A stretch of DNA of 64,000 bases, taken from NCBI GenBank assembly GCA_963755125.1, contig CAVWIP010000005.1, positions 1-64,000 of the forward strand, written 5' to 3'. The notes under the pieces are model-generated. The model worked only from the letters and a program-made list of their open reading frames with translations, had not been told where the DNA came from and ran no database searches. A program made the translations under genes and the position numbers. Source of the stretch: an uncultured delta proteobacterium (lineage in GTDB: Bacteria; Myxococcota_A; Polyangia; Fen-1088). Shown here piece after piece: positions 25,004-35,749 of the stretch (position 1 is the first letter of the stretch; the number at the start of each line of letters is the position of its first letter).

Positions 25004-25966
25004 TCAGACGTCGCGGGTGGCTGAGATTCTGCGGTTGCGCTCGTCCAGAAACTTGAGCTGCCGGTACAGGGTTTCGACCAGCGACATGCGCGCACCGGCT
25101 TGCTGACCAGCGCGCAGAGGGTTGCCGTAGATAGCCTCCACCTCCATGGGTCGGTGGTCGTCGAAATCGACCTTCAGACTGGCTCGGTAGGGCGCCATCG
25201 CCACCGTCATGTCGATCATCTTCTGCACGAAGCTATCGTGGATGTGTCGGCCGCACGACCGCGCCCCGGCCACCACCTCGCGCATGATGTCCTCGGCCAG
25301 CGCGCGCGTGTGCGGGTCGGCCATCAGCGCCCGTGTGTCCGCGTCCAGCACCACCGACAGGCCGCTTATCGGCACGTTCCACACCAGCTTCTGCCAGCGC
25401 GCCAGCAGTAAATCCTCCAGCAAATCGACCTCGATGCCCGCAGTCGCGAAGTCCTGGGCGATGGCGCGCATGCAGTCGCCGACGCCTGCCGCCGCGCCGT
25501 CGCTCGAGTATTGCGCGAAGCGAACCGCGCCGTAGTCGGAATGGCGGATGTGGCCGGGGCCTACCTTGTTGGAACAGAGGAAGCACAGACCCGCCACCAC
25601 GATATGGCCGGGCGCGGCCCGCGCCGCCTCTTCCTCGCCGCCCAGCCCATTTTGCATCAGCAACACCACCCCGTCGTCCGCCAGCACCGGCGGCAGCAGC
25701 GACGGCAGCAAATGATTCTGCGTGGCCTTCAACGCCACGGCCACCACATCGCAGCGAGGCATGTCGCGCACGTCTCGGTAGGCATGTACCCGGGGCAGGA
25801 CGAAATCACCGTCCTTCGAATCCACGACCAGCCCGTGCTGGCGCACGTGCTCGAAATCGCTGTGCAGAAGGAAACGGACATCGCAACCGGCCCGGCACAG
25901 ACGCGCGCCGTAGAACCCGCCGAGCGCGCCCGTGCCCAAGACTGCGTATCGTTGCGCCTGTGGCAT
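25004..25966 (-). CDS. panE: Putative 2-dehydropantoate 2-reductase (ApbA/PanE family)
   Basis: GTGALGGFYG, QNGLG, WQKLVWN, YRASL and MEVEAI motifs. Confidence 0.85.
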   Translation of the reverse strand: MPQAQRYAVLGTGALGGFYGARLCRAGCDVRFLLHSDFEHVRQHGLVVDSKDGDFVLPRVHAYRDVRDMPRCDVVAVALKATQNHLLPSLLPPVLADDGVVLLMQNGLGGEEEAARAAPGHIVVAGLCFLCSNKVGPGHIRHSDYGAVRFAQYSSDGAAAGVGDCMRAIAQDFATAGIEVDLLEDLLLARWQKLVWNVPISGLSVVLDADTRALMADPHTRALAEDIMREVVAGARSCGRHIHDSFVQKMIDMTVAMAPYRASLKVDFDDHRPMEVEAIYGNPLRAGQQAGARMSLVETLYRQLKFLDERNRRISATRDV

Positions 25967-26120
25967 AGCCTCTCCCCTATCACTGATTTGACCTGGCGTG
26001 TTTGGGAAGCATCTCCTGCATGAGCAGGCCCGAACGGGCGACGGAGTTGAGATCGTCGCGCAGCTCGGGTGGAATGGGGCAGGTAGATCCCGACCTGTGG
26101 CGAGGTAGAGTGCCAGGCCT

Positions 26121-28706
26121 TCACTTCGCCGGCACGGTCACGGTCGCGCGCAAGCGGATGTCGCGGGAGGAACTGGCAGCCCGGATTTCGTAGACGCCGG
26201 GAGCGACTTGCCACCCCCCCGGTTCGGGGCCCTCCGCAACAAAGGTGGCAAAAGCGCGCACCGGAAGTCTCAGCGTGACCTCGCGCTCTTCGCCTGCGGC
26301 GAGGTTGACCTTGGCGAAAGCGCGCAGCTCTTGCTCGGGCCGCAAAACGCCCGCGGCGGCTGCGTGGACGTAGATCTGCACGACCTCGGCGCCCCGACGC
26401 GTGCCGGTGTTCTTCACCTTGAGGCGCGCGCTGACCCCGAGCTTGGCATCCCAGTCCGTCACCGCCAGGTCGCGGAAGGCGAAGGTGGTATAGGAAAGGC
26501 CGTAGCCAAAGGGAAACAGCGGCTCGATCTTGCGCGTGTCGTACCAGCGGTAGCCGACCAGGATGCCTTCCTGGTAGGCGACCTTGCCGCCCTTGCCCGG
26601 AAAATTGCCGAAAGCGGGTTCGTCCTCAAGGCGTTTGGGGAAGCTCACGGGCAGCTTGCCCGACGGGCTCACGTCGCCGAAGAGCACGTCGGTAAACGCC
26701 GTGCCGGCCTCTTGCCCGGGAAACCAGCCGTGCAACACGGCGCGCACCTGGTCGAGCCAGGGCATGGCGATCGCCGCGCCTGATGTCGTGATGACCACGA
26801 TCTTGGGATTCACGGCAGCGGCGGCGCGTACGATCTCGTCCTGCCGACCGGGCAGCGACAGCGACGCGCGGTCGGCGCCCTCGGTCTCGTCTCCCATCCC
26901 GTCGCCGACAGCGGCAATCACGACGTCCGCTCCGCGCGCGACCTCGGCCACGCGCCGGATCGGATCCTTGTCCGCCCTCTGCCACAGCAGCTCGACCGAC
27001 GCGCCGACGATGCCCTCGAAGTATTCCAGGCACAGGTCGTAGGCCTTGCCACCGGTGAGTTCCATCTGTGCCGTCTTGAGCGTCGGGGGATGGTCGCCCC
27101 AGTCGTCGACGACCAGCTTGCCGTCGAGGGTGAGGCGCGAGCCATCGTCGGAGCGCAGCCCAAGCACGTACAGGCCGGACTTGGGTGGCGTGAGCTTGCC
27201 GGTCCAGCGCACGGAGAATCCATCCTCGGGCAGGCCCGGGGCCGGAGCGGCGAGCTCCCAGTGGAAGTTCACCGTGGCATCCACGCGCACCAGCTTGGGC
27301 GCGCCCTTGCGCTCGGTACCCACGAAGTACTCGCCGAGCAGTCCCTGCCCTGTGTGTCCCGCCGGCGGTTCGAGCACCGACGCAGGGATCGGCTCCAGTC
27401 CGTCTGGGGTGATGTCGCCGGGAGCGAAGTCGACACGCACTTTGCTGCCCAGGGCTTCGCGGAGTGCATCCACAAGCGAAACCTTGTTCGTGGCCATGAC
27501 GTGGGCGCTGCCCCCGCCGCCGTCCACCATCCCACCACGCGGGCCCACCACCGCGATCCGCCGCAGCTTGGCCCGGTCGAGCGGCAACATGTCTTCGTCG
27601 TTCTTGAGCAGCACGAAGCCCGAGCGCGCGGCCTCGCGATTGAGGGCGCGGTGCTCGAGAGTGTCGATGGCCTCGGGACGAGCGCCGGCGTCCTCGTCCA
27701 GGTGCAAAACGGCGATGGCGCGCAGCTGCCGGCGGACCATCTCGTCGAGAAGGGCGGGCTCGATCTGCTTCTTGTCGAGGGTGCGGCGAATGGCGGCCGG
27801 CGCGTATTGCTCGGCCTTCGGCATTTCAAGGTCCAGCCCCGCGCGCATGGCCGGCGTCCCACTGTGGGTCGCGCCCCAGTCGGACATGACCAGGCCGCAG
27901 AAGCCCCAGTCTTGCCTGAGGATCTGCTCGATCAACCCCGGGTTCTCGCAGGCGTAGACGCCATTCAGGCGATTGTAGGCGCACATCACGGCCCATACGC
28001 CACCCTCCTTGACGGCGGCTTCGAAGGCGGGCAAGTAGATCTCGCGCAGGGCGCGCGCGTCGACCTCGGCGCTGATCGACATGCGCTCGGTCTCTTGGTT
28101 GTTGGCGGCGAAGTGTTTGACCGTGGCCAGCACGCCCTGGCTCTGCACGCCCTTGATGTAGGCAACGGCCGTGCGGCCGGCCAGCTCTGGATCTTCGCCG
28201 TAGTACTCGAAGTTGCGGCCACAAAGCGCCGTGCGCACGATGTTCACGGCCGGGCCGAGAAGGACGTTCTTGCCGTGCCCCTTGGCCTCACGGGCAATGG
28301 CCGCGCCCACGCGCTCGACCAGCGCGGGATCGAAGGTCGCAGCCAATAGCTCGCCCGCGGGAAACGCAGTGGCCTGGCCCACTCGCACGCCCACCGGGCC
28401 ATCGGTCATGCGCAAGGACGGGACGTGCAGCCGGGGAACGCCGACCGTGTCGAACCCGGTGCCGGCAACCAGCGCGACCTTCTCGTCGAGCGTCATGGCG
28501 GCAAGCCAAGCCTCGACCTGCCGATCGGTCGGGGAGTTGCACACCGGCCGCTGGCGGGGGGCCGTCAACATGGCGGACGCCGGAACAACGGCCGGCGCGC
28601 CGCGATCTGCGGGCGGACTCACCGCGCAGCTGAGGGCGAGAGTCGTAGCCGCGAGCATGGCGCGGCAGCCGGCAACAGGTGTTGATTTGAAAAAGACAGT
28701 GGGCAT
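26121..28706 (-). CDS. GH3 beta-glucosidase with PA14 insertion and Fn3-like C-terminus; putative lipoprotein
   Basis: MTDGPVGVR, GRNFEYYGEDP, KHFAANNQE, VMSDWG (nucleophile Asp), PA14 FSVRWTG..SDDGSRL, and FPFGYGLSYT. AAGGAG RBS before ATG 28706; LALSC lipobox. Confidence 0.92.
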   Translation of the reverse strand: MPTVFFKSTPVAGCRAMLAATTLALSCAVSPPADRGAPAVVPASAMLTAPRQRPVCNSPTDRQVEAWLAAMTLDEKVALVAGTGFDTVGVPRLHVPSLRMTDGPVGVRVGQATAFPAGELLAATFDPALVERVGAAIAREAKGHGKNVLLGPAVNIVRTALCGRNFEYYGEDPELAGRTAVAYIKGVQSQGVLATVKHFAANNQETERMSISAEVDARALREIYLPAFEAAVKEGGVWAVMCAYNRLNGVYACENPGLIEQILRQDWGFCGLVMSDWGATHSGTPAMRAGLDLEMPKAEQYAPAAIRRTLDKKQIEPALLDEMVRRQLRAIAVLHLDEDAGARPEAIDTLEHRALNREAARSGFVLLKNDEDMLPLDRAKLRRIAVVGPRGGMVDGGGGSAHVMATNKVSLVDALREALGSKVRVDFAPGDITPDGLEPIPASVLEPPAGHTGQGLLGEYFVGTERKGAPKLVRVDATVNFHWELAAPAPGLPEDGFSVRWTGKLTPPKSGLYVLGLRSDDGSRLTLDGKLVVDDWGDHPPTLKTAQMELTGGKAYDLCLEYFEGIVGASVELLWQRADKDPIRRVAEVARGADVVIAAVGDGMGDETEGADRASLSLPGRQDEIVRAAAAVNPKIVVITTSGAAIAMPWLDQVRAVLHGWFPGQEAGTAFTDVLFGDVSPSGKLPVSFPKRLEDEPAFGNFPGKGGKVAYQEGILVGYRWYDTRKIEPLFPFGYGLSYTTFAFRDLAVTDWDAKLGVSARLKVKNTGTRRGAEVVQIYVHAAAAGVLRPEQELRAFAKVNLAAGEEREVTLRLPVRAFATFVAEGPEPGGWQVAPGVYEIRAASSSRDIRLRATVTVPAK

Positions 28707-28765
28707 GGTTCGATCTCCTTGCAGGACGGGCAGCATGAAGGGCATTGTATCCGCGCTACAAGGCG

Positions 28766-29614
28766 CTACGGTTTTTCGATACGCGGTCCCAGCGCCGCAC
28801 GCAGGGCGGCGACAAATTCCTCTAGCGTTGGCACTGGATCGCGACCCTCGTTCACGGCCCGCTCGATCACGCGGACGGCGGCGCTGCCTACGACCACGCC
28901 GTCGGCAAAGCCGGCCACGGCGCAAGCGTCGGCCGGCGTGGCAATCCCGAATCCCACGGCGACCGGCAGGCGACCGTCTGAAAGTTCGCGCACCTGTCGC
29001 ACGCGTGCGGAAGTTTCGTCCAGGTTGGGCAGTTGACTGCCCGTGATGCCGGTCAGCGAGACGCAGTACAGAAAGCCGCCCGCCACCGCCACGGCGGCCT
29101 TCACCCGATCCGGCGTGGAGGTGGGTGCGATGAGCGGAACCAAGTCCAGGCCCTGCTGGCCAAGCGCCTGGGCCAACTCGGGATCTTCATCGGCTGGCCA
29201 GTCCACGCACAACACGCCGTCAGCGCCAGCCTGCTTGGCTTGGCCGGCGAATTTCGCTGTGCCGCGCACGAAGATCGGGTTGGCGTAGCCAAAGAGCACG
29301 ACTGCAACGTCCGGGTTGGCAACGCGTACGGCCCGGCACAGGTCGAGCGCGGCGCGCATACCACCGCCCGTAGCCAGCGCTCTGCGCATGGCCGCCTGAA
29401 TGGCCGGTCCGTCGGCAGACGGATCGCTCCACGGCACGCCCAATTCGAGAATATCCGCGCCGGCTCGCGCCGCCGCCAGCAAGAGGCGACGGCTGGTATC
29501 GAAATCGGGGTCGCAGCCGGTCAGGTAGAGAACCAGTGCCTTGCGACCTTGCGACCGAGCCCTGGCAAACGCGCCGGCTATCCGCGAGATGGACGGCGCT
29601 GGCGCGTTCGTCAT
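28766..29614 (-). CDS. trpA: Tryptophan synthase alpha subunit
   Basis: [36 protein letters not shown] and DGVVVGSA. Confidence 0.96.
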   Translation of the reverse strand: MTNAPAPSISRIAGAFARARSQGRKALVLYLTGCDPDFDTSRRLLLAAARAGADILELGVPWSDPSADGPAIQAAMRRALATGGGMRAALDLCRAVRVANPDVAVVLFGYANPIFVRGTAKFAGQAKQAGADGVLCVDWPADEDPELAQALGQQGLDLVPLIAPTSTPDRVKAAVAVAGGFLYCVSLTGITGSQLPNLDETSARVRQVRELSDGRLPVAVGFGIATPADACAVAGFADGVVVGSAAVRVIERAVNEGRDPVPTLEEFVAALRAALGPRIEKP

Positions 29615-30819
29615 GACGATACCTCCGCGCCGAAGTGCTTGGCGATGGTGCCCATGTCCTTGTCACCGCGGCCCGAGATGTTGATGATGACGCTTGCCCC
29701 GTCGGGAAGTTGCTCGGCCACGCGCGGCAGTCCTGCCACCGCGTGCGCGCTCTCCAGCGCCGGGATGATGCCCTCGCAACGGGCCAACAAGCGACACGCG
29801 TCCAGCGCCTCCTGGTCCGTGGCCGCCATGTACTGCGCGCGTCCCGAGTCGCGCAGGTAGCTATGCTCGGGCCCGACGCCAGGATAGTCGAGGCCAGCCG
29901 AGATGGAGTGAGCCTCGGCTATCTGGCCGTCGTCGTCGCACAGCACATAGGAGCGCGCACCGTGCAGGACGCCCGGCCGGCCCTTGCCGAGGGTGGCCGC
30001 GTGGTGGTTGGTGTCGACTCCCTCGCCCGCTGCTTCGACGCCAAAGAGCCGCACCTCGGGATCGTCGAGAAATCCACGGAACAGGCCCATGGCGTTGGAG
30101 CCGCCGCCCACGCAGGCCAGACACGCGTCGGGAAGTCGGCCCGTGGCAGCCTGGATCTGGGCGCGCGCCTCTTGCCCGATCACCGACTGCAATTCACCCA
30201 CCATGGTCGGATAGGGATGCGGGCCGGCCACGGTTCCCAGCACGTAGTGCGTCGTTCCCACATTCGTCACCCAGTCGCGCATGGCTTCGTTCATCGCGTC
30301 CTTCAGCGTCGCGGTGCCGTCCTTGACCGAGTGGACCTTGGCCCCCAGCAGGTGCATGCGAAACACGTTGAGCGACTGGCGTTCGACATCGACCGCACCC
30401 ATGTAGATCTCGCACGGCAACCCGAACAGGGCGCACACCGTGGCCGTGGCCACGCCGTGCTGGCCGGCCCCGGTCTCGGCGATGATGCGCTTCTTGCCCA
30501 AGCGCTGGGCCAGCAGGATCTGGCCCACGCAGTTGTTCAACTTGTGCGAGCCGGTGTGGCAGAGATCCTCGCGCTTGAGGAACACGCGCAGGCGGCACCC
30601 CTGGGCCACGTGGTCGGCCAGCCGCGCCGCCTCGGTCAGGGGCGTGGGCCGACCGACATACTCGCGCAGCAACCGGTCCAGTTCGGCCCGGAAGGTCGGC
30701 TCGCGCGAAAAGTGCTCCCATGCGGCCGTCAGCTCTTCGAGAGCAGGCATCAGGGTCTCGGAGACGTAGCGACCTCCGTAGGGACCAAATCGTCCAGGGA
30801 CTTGGGGAACGGTGGACAT
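29611..30819 (-). CDS. trpB: Tryptophan synthase beta subunit
   Basis: HTGSHKLNN (PLP lysine), [24 protein letters not shown] and SGRGDKD. Confidence 0.98.
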   Translation of the reverse strand: MSTVPQVPGRFGPYGGRYVSETLMPALEELTAAWEHFSREPTFRAELDRLLREYVGRPTPLTEAARLADHVAQGCRLRVFLKREDLCHTGSHKLNNCVGQILLAQRLGKKRIIAETGAGQHGVATATVCALFGLPCEIYMGAVDVERQSLNVFRMHLLGAKVHSVKDGTATLKDAMNEAMRDWVTNVGTTHYVLGTVAGPHPYPTMVGELQSVIGQEARAQIQAATGRLPDACLACVGGGSNAMGLFRGFLDDPEVRLFGVEAAGEGVDTNHHAATLGKGRPGVLHGARSYVLCDDDGQIAEAHSISAGLDYPGVGPEHSYLRDSGRAQYMAATDQEALDACRLLARCEGIIPALESAHAVAGLPRVAEQLPDGASVIINISGRGDKDMGTIAKHFGAEVSS

Positions 30820-30879
30820 CTGAGTGGCGCCACTATATGCCTTGGCGTACTCCGCGATTCAATCAACCGCTCGCGCACC

Positions 30880-31203
30880 ATGTCGACGAAACAAGACAAC
30901 AGCACGACCTTCGACCCCAGCCGGCGGCGGCTCTGTCCGGACGGCTCCTGCATCGGTCTCATAGGCACTGACGGGAAGTGCGCGGTCTGCGGCACGCTAG
31001 GCTCTGGCGGAACCGGAGTGACGGCCGCAAGCTCGCCGGCTTTACCAACACCGCCGCCGGAGAGCGATGCTCGGACTGAAGAGGCGCCCGCATCTGATGC
31101 CGCAGAAGCCTTCGACCCCAAACGCCGGCTCTGTCCCGACGAAGCGTGCATCGGTGTGATCGGTAGCAACAACAGGTGCAGCATCTGCGGCCGGCAAGGC
31201 TGA
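30880..31203 (+). CDS. Small protein with two CX4CX9CX2C repeats (putative double zinc ribbon)
   Basis: FDPSRRRLCPDGSCIGLIGTDGKCAVCG and FDPKRRLCPDEACIGVIGSNNRCSICG, joined by a Pro/Glu/Ala linker. This is the 3' part of ORF 29635..31203. Confidence 0.8.
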   Translation: MSTKQDNSTTFDPSRRRLCPDGSCIGLIGTDGKCAVCGTLGSGGTGVTAASSPALPTPPPESDARTEEAPASDAAEAFDPKRRLCPDEACIGVIGSNNRCSICGRQG

Positions 31204-31216
31204 CGGCGAAAGAAAC

Positions 31217-32191
31217 CTAGGCGACCAGCACGATCGAGCCAGTCGTCGCGCGTGCCTCCAAGGCAGCATGGGCGGAAGCGGCTTCGCGCAACGGGAACTG
31301 CCGCGGCGGCTGGATGCGCACGGCTCCCGTGCGCACGACCTGGAACAGATCGCCTGCCATTCGGCGCAGGGCCTCCGGGGTGGCAGCATAGGTACCCAGC
31401 GTCGGCCGGGTCAAATAGAGCGATCCCTTGGCGCTCAAGACGCCAAGGTCGAAAGGCGGAACCACGCCGGAGGACTGGCCGAACATGACCAAGAGTCCGC
31501 GCGGCTGCAGACAATCCAGCGATCCGGCAAAGGTGTCTTTGCCCACGCCGTCGTAGACCACCCGCACCCCGCGTCTCCCCGTGATCTCGCGTACCCGCTC
31601 GACGAAATTCTCGCGCGTGTACACGATGGCGTGGTCACAGCCATGGGCGCGTGCCAGCGCCGCCTTCTCGTCGCTGCCCACCGTGCCGATCACTGTGGCC
31701 CCCAAGTGCTTGGCCCACTGGCAGGCGATCTGCCCCACCCCGCCGGCCGCGGCGTGCACCAGGATGGTGTCGCCAGGCTCGATGTGAGTGGTCTGCAACA
31801 GCAGATACTGCGCGGTGAGGCCCTTCAGCATGATGCAGGCAGCGGTGCGATGGTCTATGTCGTCGGGCAAGTGCACCAGGCGATCGGCTGGCACCACGCG
31901 CGCTTCGGCGTACGCCCCCACGGGCCCCGTGCCACAGGCCACACGATCACCCGGCCGGAAATCGGCGACCCCAGCGCCGACTGCCTCCACCACACCCGCG
32001 GCTTCGCTGCCCAGCCCGCTGGGAAGCGGCAGTTTGTACACGCCCCGACGGTGATAGACGTCGACAAAGTTCACGCCCACATAGTGATGGTGAACCAGGG
32101 CCTCGCCAGGACCCGGTGCGGCCAGCATCACCTCTTCCCATGCCATCACCTGTGGGCCGCCCGTGTCGTGGATGCGAATGGCCTTGGTCAT
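31217..32191 (-). CDS. qor: NADPH:quinone oxidoreductase (zeta-crystallin/MDR family)
   Basis: MTKAIRIHDTGGP, GVNFVD, GLGSEAAG, HAAAGGVG, VYDGVGKDTF and KGSLYLTRP. Confidence 0.92.
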   Translation of the reverse strand: MTKAIRIHDTGGPQVMAWEEVMLAAPGPGEALVHHHYVGVNFVDVYHRRGVYKLPLPSGLGSEAAGVVEAVGAGVADFRPGDRVACGTGPVGAYAEARVVPADRLVHLPDDIDHRTAACIMLKGLTAQYLLLQTTHIEPGDTILVHAAAGGVGQIACQWAKHLGATVIGTVGSDEKAALARAHGCDHAIVYTRENFVERVREITGRRGVRVVYDGVGKDTFAGSLDCLQPRGLLVMFGQSSGVVPPFDLGVLSAKGSLYLTRPTLGTYAATPEALRRMAGDLFQVVRTGAVRIQPPRQFPLREAASAHAALEARATTGSIVLVA

Positions 32192-32245
32192 GAAACAAAA
32201 TCTAGCATCGGTGTGCGTCCTAGGCACGAGTGGTAGAACTGCGCC

Positions 32246-33268
32246 ATGGGCTCCCTGTTTCTCGACGCCTGCCACGGCGAATCCACTCCACGACCGCCGC
32301 TCTGGTTGATGCGCCAGGCCGGCCGCTACCTGCCCGAGTACCGCGAGGTGCGCAGCCACGTCACCTTCCTCGAACTGTGCAAGACGCCGCGCTTGGCTGC
32401 CGAGGTGACCCTGCAGCCTATCCGGCGCTTCGCCTTCGATGCGGCGATCGTATTCTCCGACCTTCTCATTCCCCTGGAAGCCATGGGCCAGACGGTCAGC
32501 TTCACCGAGGAGGGTCCCACCCTCGCGCCGCCGGTGCGAACTGCGGCCGACCTGGCCCGGCTGGCGCCCTTCAATCCCTGGGAACGCACGCCGTTCGTGC
32601 TTGAGGCCATCCGGCTGTTGCGCCCGCAACTGGGCGAGACGCCGCTCATCGGCTTTGCGGGCGCGCCTTTCACCATCGCGACTTACGCCATCGAGGGCAA
32701 GACCTCGCGGCGCTTCGTGGAGACCAAGAAACTTTTCTGCCGCGAGCCCGAGACCGCCCATCGGCTGCTTGAATCGATCGAGGCTGCGACCCGCGCCTAT
32801 CTTCTGGCGCAGGTGGCGGCAGGCGCGCAGGCCATCCAGATCTTCGACTCGTGGCTGGGCGTGGTTTCGCCCGAGGAATGGGACGAGTTCGTGGCTGAGC
32901 CCACCGCGAAACTTGTCGCCGCTGTGAAGGCGACCGGCGTGCCCGTCATCTACTTCCCCAATGGAGCAACGACGATTCTGGACCGCGTCGCGCGCGTGGG
33001 CGCCGATGTCTACGGGATTGACTGGCGCCTGCCACTCGACGAGGCGCGGGCGCGGCTGGCAGCAGGCGGCGCGGAGCGGGCGGCCGTGCAAGGGAACCTG
33101 GACCCGGCGATTCTGCTGGGCCCGGTCGAGCGGATCCGACGCCAGGCCGCAGAGGTGATCCTCCGCGGGGCTGGTCGCGGTCACGTCTTCAATCTCGGGC
33201 ACGGCATCTATCCGGAAACTCCTGTCGAGAACGTGGAAGCCCTGGTCCGCGCCGTACGGGGCGAATAG
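32246..33268 (+). CDS. hemE: Uroporphyrinogen decarboxylase
   Basis: WLMRQAGRYLPEYR, GFAGAPFT, QIFDSW, QGNLDP and FNLGHG. Confidence 0.97.
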   Translation: MGSLFLDACHGESTPRPPLWLMRQAGRYLPEYREVRSHVTFLELCKTPRLAAEVTLQPIRRFAFDAAIVFSDLLIPLEAMGQTVSFTEEGPTLAPPVRTAADLARLAPFNPWERTPFVLEAIRLLRPQLGETPLIGFAGAPFTIATYAIEGKTSRRFVETKKLFCREPETAHRLLESIEAATRAYLLAQVAAGAQAIQIFDSWLGVVSPEEWDEFVAEPTAKLVAAVKATGVPVIYFPNGATTILDRVARVGADVYGIDWRLPLDEARARLAAGGAERAAVQGNLDPAILLGPVERIRRQAAEVILRGAGRGHVFNLGHGIYPETPVENVEALVRAVRGE

Positions 33269-33285
33269 CCGCGCAGGACCAAATC

Positions 33286-34260
33286 GTGCTTGCCGTCGTC
33301 GCGCTCAACATGGGAGGCCCGGATTCGCCGGCGGCGGTCGAGCCGTTCTTGCGCCACCTGTTCGCCGATCCCGACATCATCCAGATGGGCTGGGCGCGAC
33401 CTGCGCAGCCGCTCTTGGCGCGGCTGATCGCCCGGCGCCGGGCGCCATTGTCGCGGGCCGCGTACGCACAGATCGGCGGGCGATCACCCATCCGCGAAGA
33501 ATCAACCGCCCAGGTGCAAGCGGTGGTTGCGGCCATGGCCGCATCTGGCGTCGTGGCCAAGCCGTACTTGGCCATGAGCTACTGGCACCCTCTTCCCACG
33601 GAGACCGCAGCGGCCATGCGTCGCACCGGGATCACGCGGGCTCTGCTCCTGCCGCTTTATCCCCATCGATCGAGAACGACCAGCGGATCGGCATTTCGCA
33701 CCATCGAGGCCGCGCTGGCGGACAAGCGCATCATCACCGCACGCATCGAGGGATACGCAACTGCTCCGGGCTACATCGCTGCCCTGTGCGACCGTATCAG
33801 TGAAGCCTCGGCGCAACTGCCAGAGTCGGAACGTGCGGCGGCCCCGGTATTGTTTTCCGCGCACGGCCTTCCCGAATCCTATGTTCGCCGGGGCGATCCC
33901 TATCTTGACGAGGTCCGCTCGACAGTGGCTGCGGTCACTCGGCGGCTCGCTCTGGAGAGTCGGTCGCACCTCGCGTTCCAAAGCCGTGTGGGCCGGCAGC
34001 GCTGGCTGGCACCCACCACCGAAGAGGCGCTCGACTCCTTGGCGGCTGCGGGCCATCGGGCCGTGGTCGTGGTTCCGGTCTCTTTCACCGGCGAGCATCT
34101 CGAGACGCTACAGGAGATCGACATCCTGTACCGCGAACGGGCCGCGACGCGAGGGATCACCAGCTTTGCCCGCGCGCGAGTCGTGGGCTGCCATCCCGCC
34201 TTCATCTCGGAGCTGGCGGGATTGCTGATCTCCGCCGCGCGCGCTCACAACTGGGTCTGA
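33286..34260 (+). CDS. hemH: Ferrochelatase
   Basis: LNMGGP, YAQIGGRSP, LFSAHGLP, GDPY, FQSRVG..WL.P and EHLETLQEID. Confidence 0.95.
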   Translation: MLAVVALNMGGPDSPAAVEPFLRHLFADPDIIQMGWARPAQPLLARLIARRRAPLSRAAYAQIGGRSPIREESTAQVQAVVAAMAASGVVAKPYLAMSYWHPLPTETAAAMRRTGITRALLLPLYPHRSRTTSGSAFRTIEAALADKRIITARIEGYATAPGYIAALCDRISEASAQLPESERAAAPVLFSAHGLPESYVRRGDPYLDEVRSTVAAVTRRLALESRSHLAFQSRVGRQRWLAPTTEEALDSLAAAGHRAVVVVPVSFTGEHLETLQEIDILYRERAATRGITSFARARVVGCHPAFISELAGLLISAARAHNWV

Positions 34261-34305
34261 ACTTGTTCCTCGCTCCATCCGCCCCCGAGGGTGGGAAGGG
34301 TACCA

Positions 34306-35748
34306 CTACTTCTGGGCGAAGCAGCGTGGGTCGGCGGCGCTGCCCGGAAAACGGAAGAAGGTGAAGATGCCCGCGTCGGCGCCCGCCACCAGAAGGTGTG
34401 CATCCTTGCCCTTGGCGCAGGCGCGGCTGCTGTTGAACTCCAGATCAGCGAGGCCAATGCCGAAGAACTCCGTGCTGCCGGTCGGGTTGCTGTCGTCCAC
34501 GACGGCGATCGGCGTCGTGCCGTCGCCATTCAGCCGGTAAACAAGCACTTGCCCGGCTTTCTGTGTGTTGCCCACGTTGGCTTGCAGGGCCGTGATGACG
34601 AGTTCCTTGACCCCGTCGCCATCGACGTCAACCAGAGCCACCCGCTGTCCGAACTCCGAACTGGTGTCGGGTTGGGGTTGCCCGGTCTTTGGGTCGAGCT
34701 GGGGTTTCCCCGACACGGGATCGAGGACGACCTTGCTAAACACCTTGGCCGGCGTGCTGCCATCGAAGGGGCTGTAGAAAAGGTAAGCTTGATTGGGCGG
34801 AGCGCCCACCACCAATTCGGCCAGGCCATCCCCGTTCATGTCAGGCACCGCAACCAGCGCCGTGCCGAACCCGCCGACCGAGGGATTGCCGACCGGGGCA
34901 GGCACCCCGATGGGCGAGCCGACGCAGACCAGCTCGGCTGCGACCGGATCGTACTGCAAGATGAACACCTGCCCGACCCCGCCCTTGACTGGCAATCCGA
35001 CGGCGATTTGCTGGTTGCCGCTCGACAAGAAATTCGCGACCGCGAGCGACCGGTGCAGGTCAGGCGGCGTTTGCAGGTTGCCCGTGCAGGTGGTCGAGGC
35101 CAACAAGCCGGCCGTGACGTTCAGCACGGAAACGCCGTTGTCGGACACGACGACTGCCTCATCGCTTGCTGTCTGGGTGACCTGCCCACGCGCAACCGCC
35201 AATCCGAAGTGGCCTTGCGGCTGTGTGAAAAACGCGCCGCCAGTGATCGCCCCGTCTTGCCAGATGTGGGCGCTCTCGAAGTCCACCTTGCCGCTGGCAT
35301 CCGCAACCAGATTGAGAAAACCGACGCGACCGTTGGGCGTCCCCTGTCCTTGTGTGCCGTAGACGTCCGGCATGCCGAGAACGACGGTGCCCGCCGCGCC
35401 GGGACCGCTCAGCCATGCCGCACTGGAGATGCCGCCCTGCCCAGGAGACAGGCCCAGGGTGGAGAGATCGTCGCTCTCCGCGGTCTGAACCTGGGGGTTG
35501 CCGTCGCCGTCGAAATCCGCCACGGCCAGGGCTTGCATATCGGTGCTGGCGAAAAGCAGACGCGCCGCCACCTTGGGCTTGTCTGCGGGCGGAGCCAGGG
35601 ACAAGAGCGTGCGGCCGACGTTCGATCCGAAATTATCGGGCGCGCCGATGTACTGCACAGGGGCCCGGTCGAGCGTGGACCGAAAGTCCAGGGGATTGCA
35701 ACCGACCGCAAGCGCCAATGCCGAGAAGGCAAGCATCGTCCGTCGCAT
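34306..35748 (-). CDS. FG-GAP (integrin alpha-like beta-propeller) repeat lipoprotein
   Basis: LAVGC lipobox; repeats DFDGDG, FGTALVAVPDMNGDGLAELVVGAP and FGQRVALVDVDGDGVKEL; GGAGG RBS. Confidence 0.85.
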   Translation of the reverse strand: MRRTMLAFSALALAVGCNPLDFRSTLDRAPVQYIGAPDNFGSNVGRTLLSLAPPADKPKVAARLLFASTDMQALAVADFDGDGNPQVQTAESDDLSTLGLSPGQGGISSAAWLSGPGAAGTVVLGMPDVYGTQGQGTPNGRVGFLNLVADASGKVDFESAHIWQDGAITGGAFFTQPQGHFGLAVARGQVTQTASDEAVVVSDNGVSVLNVTAGLLASTTCTGNLQTPPDLHRSLAVANFLSSGNQQIAVGLPVKGGVGQVFILQYDPVAAELVCVGSPIGVPAPVGNPSVGGFGTALVAVPDMNGDGLAELVVGAPPNQAYLFYSPFDGSTPAKVFSKVVLDPVSGKPQLDPKTGQPQPDTSSEFGQRVALVDVDGDGVKELVITALQANVGNTQKAGQVLVYRLNGDGTTPIAVVDDSNPTGSTEFFGIGLADLEFNSSRACAKGKDAHLLVAGADAGIFTFFRFPGSAADPRCFAQK

Positions 35749-35749
35749 G

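Noticed and set aside
29635..30879. N-terminal part of the 522-aa ORF
   Set aside because: Antisense to trpB; only 30880-31203 looks coding.
31217..33202. 661-aa ORF suggesting a long N-terminal fusion to Qor
   Set aside because: The extension is the antisense of hemE; Qor similarity starts at ATG 32191.
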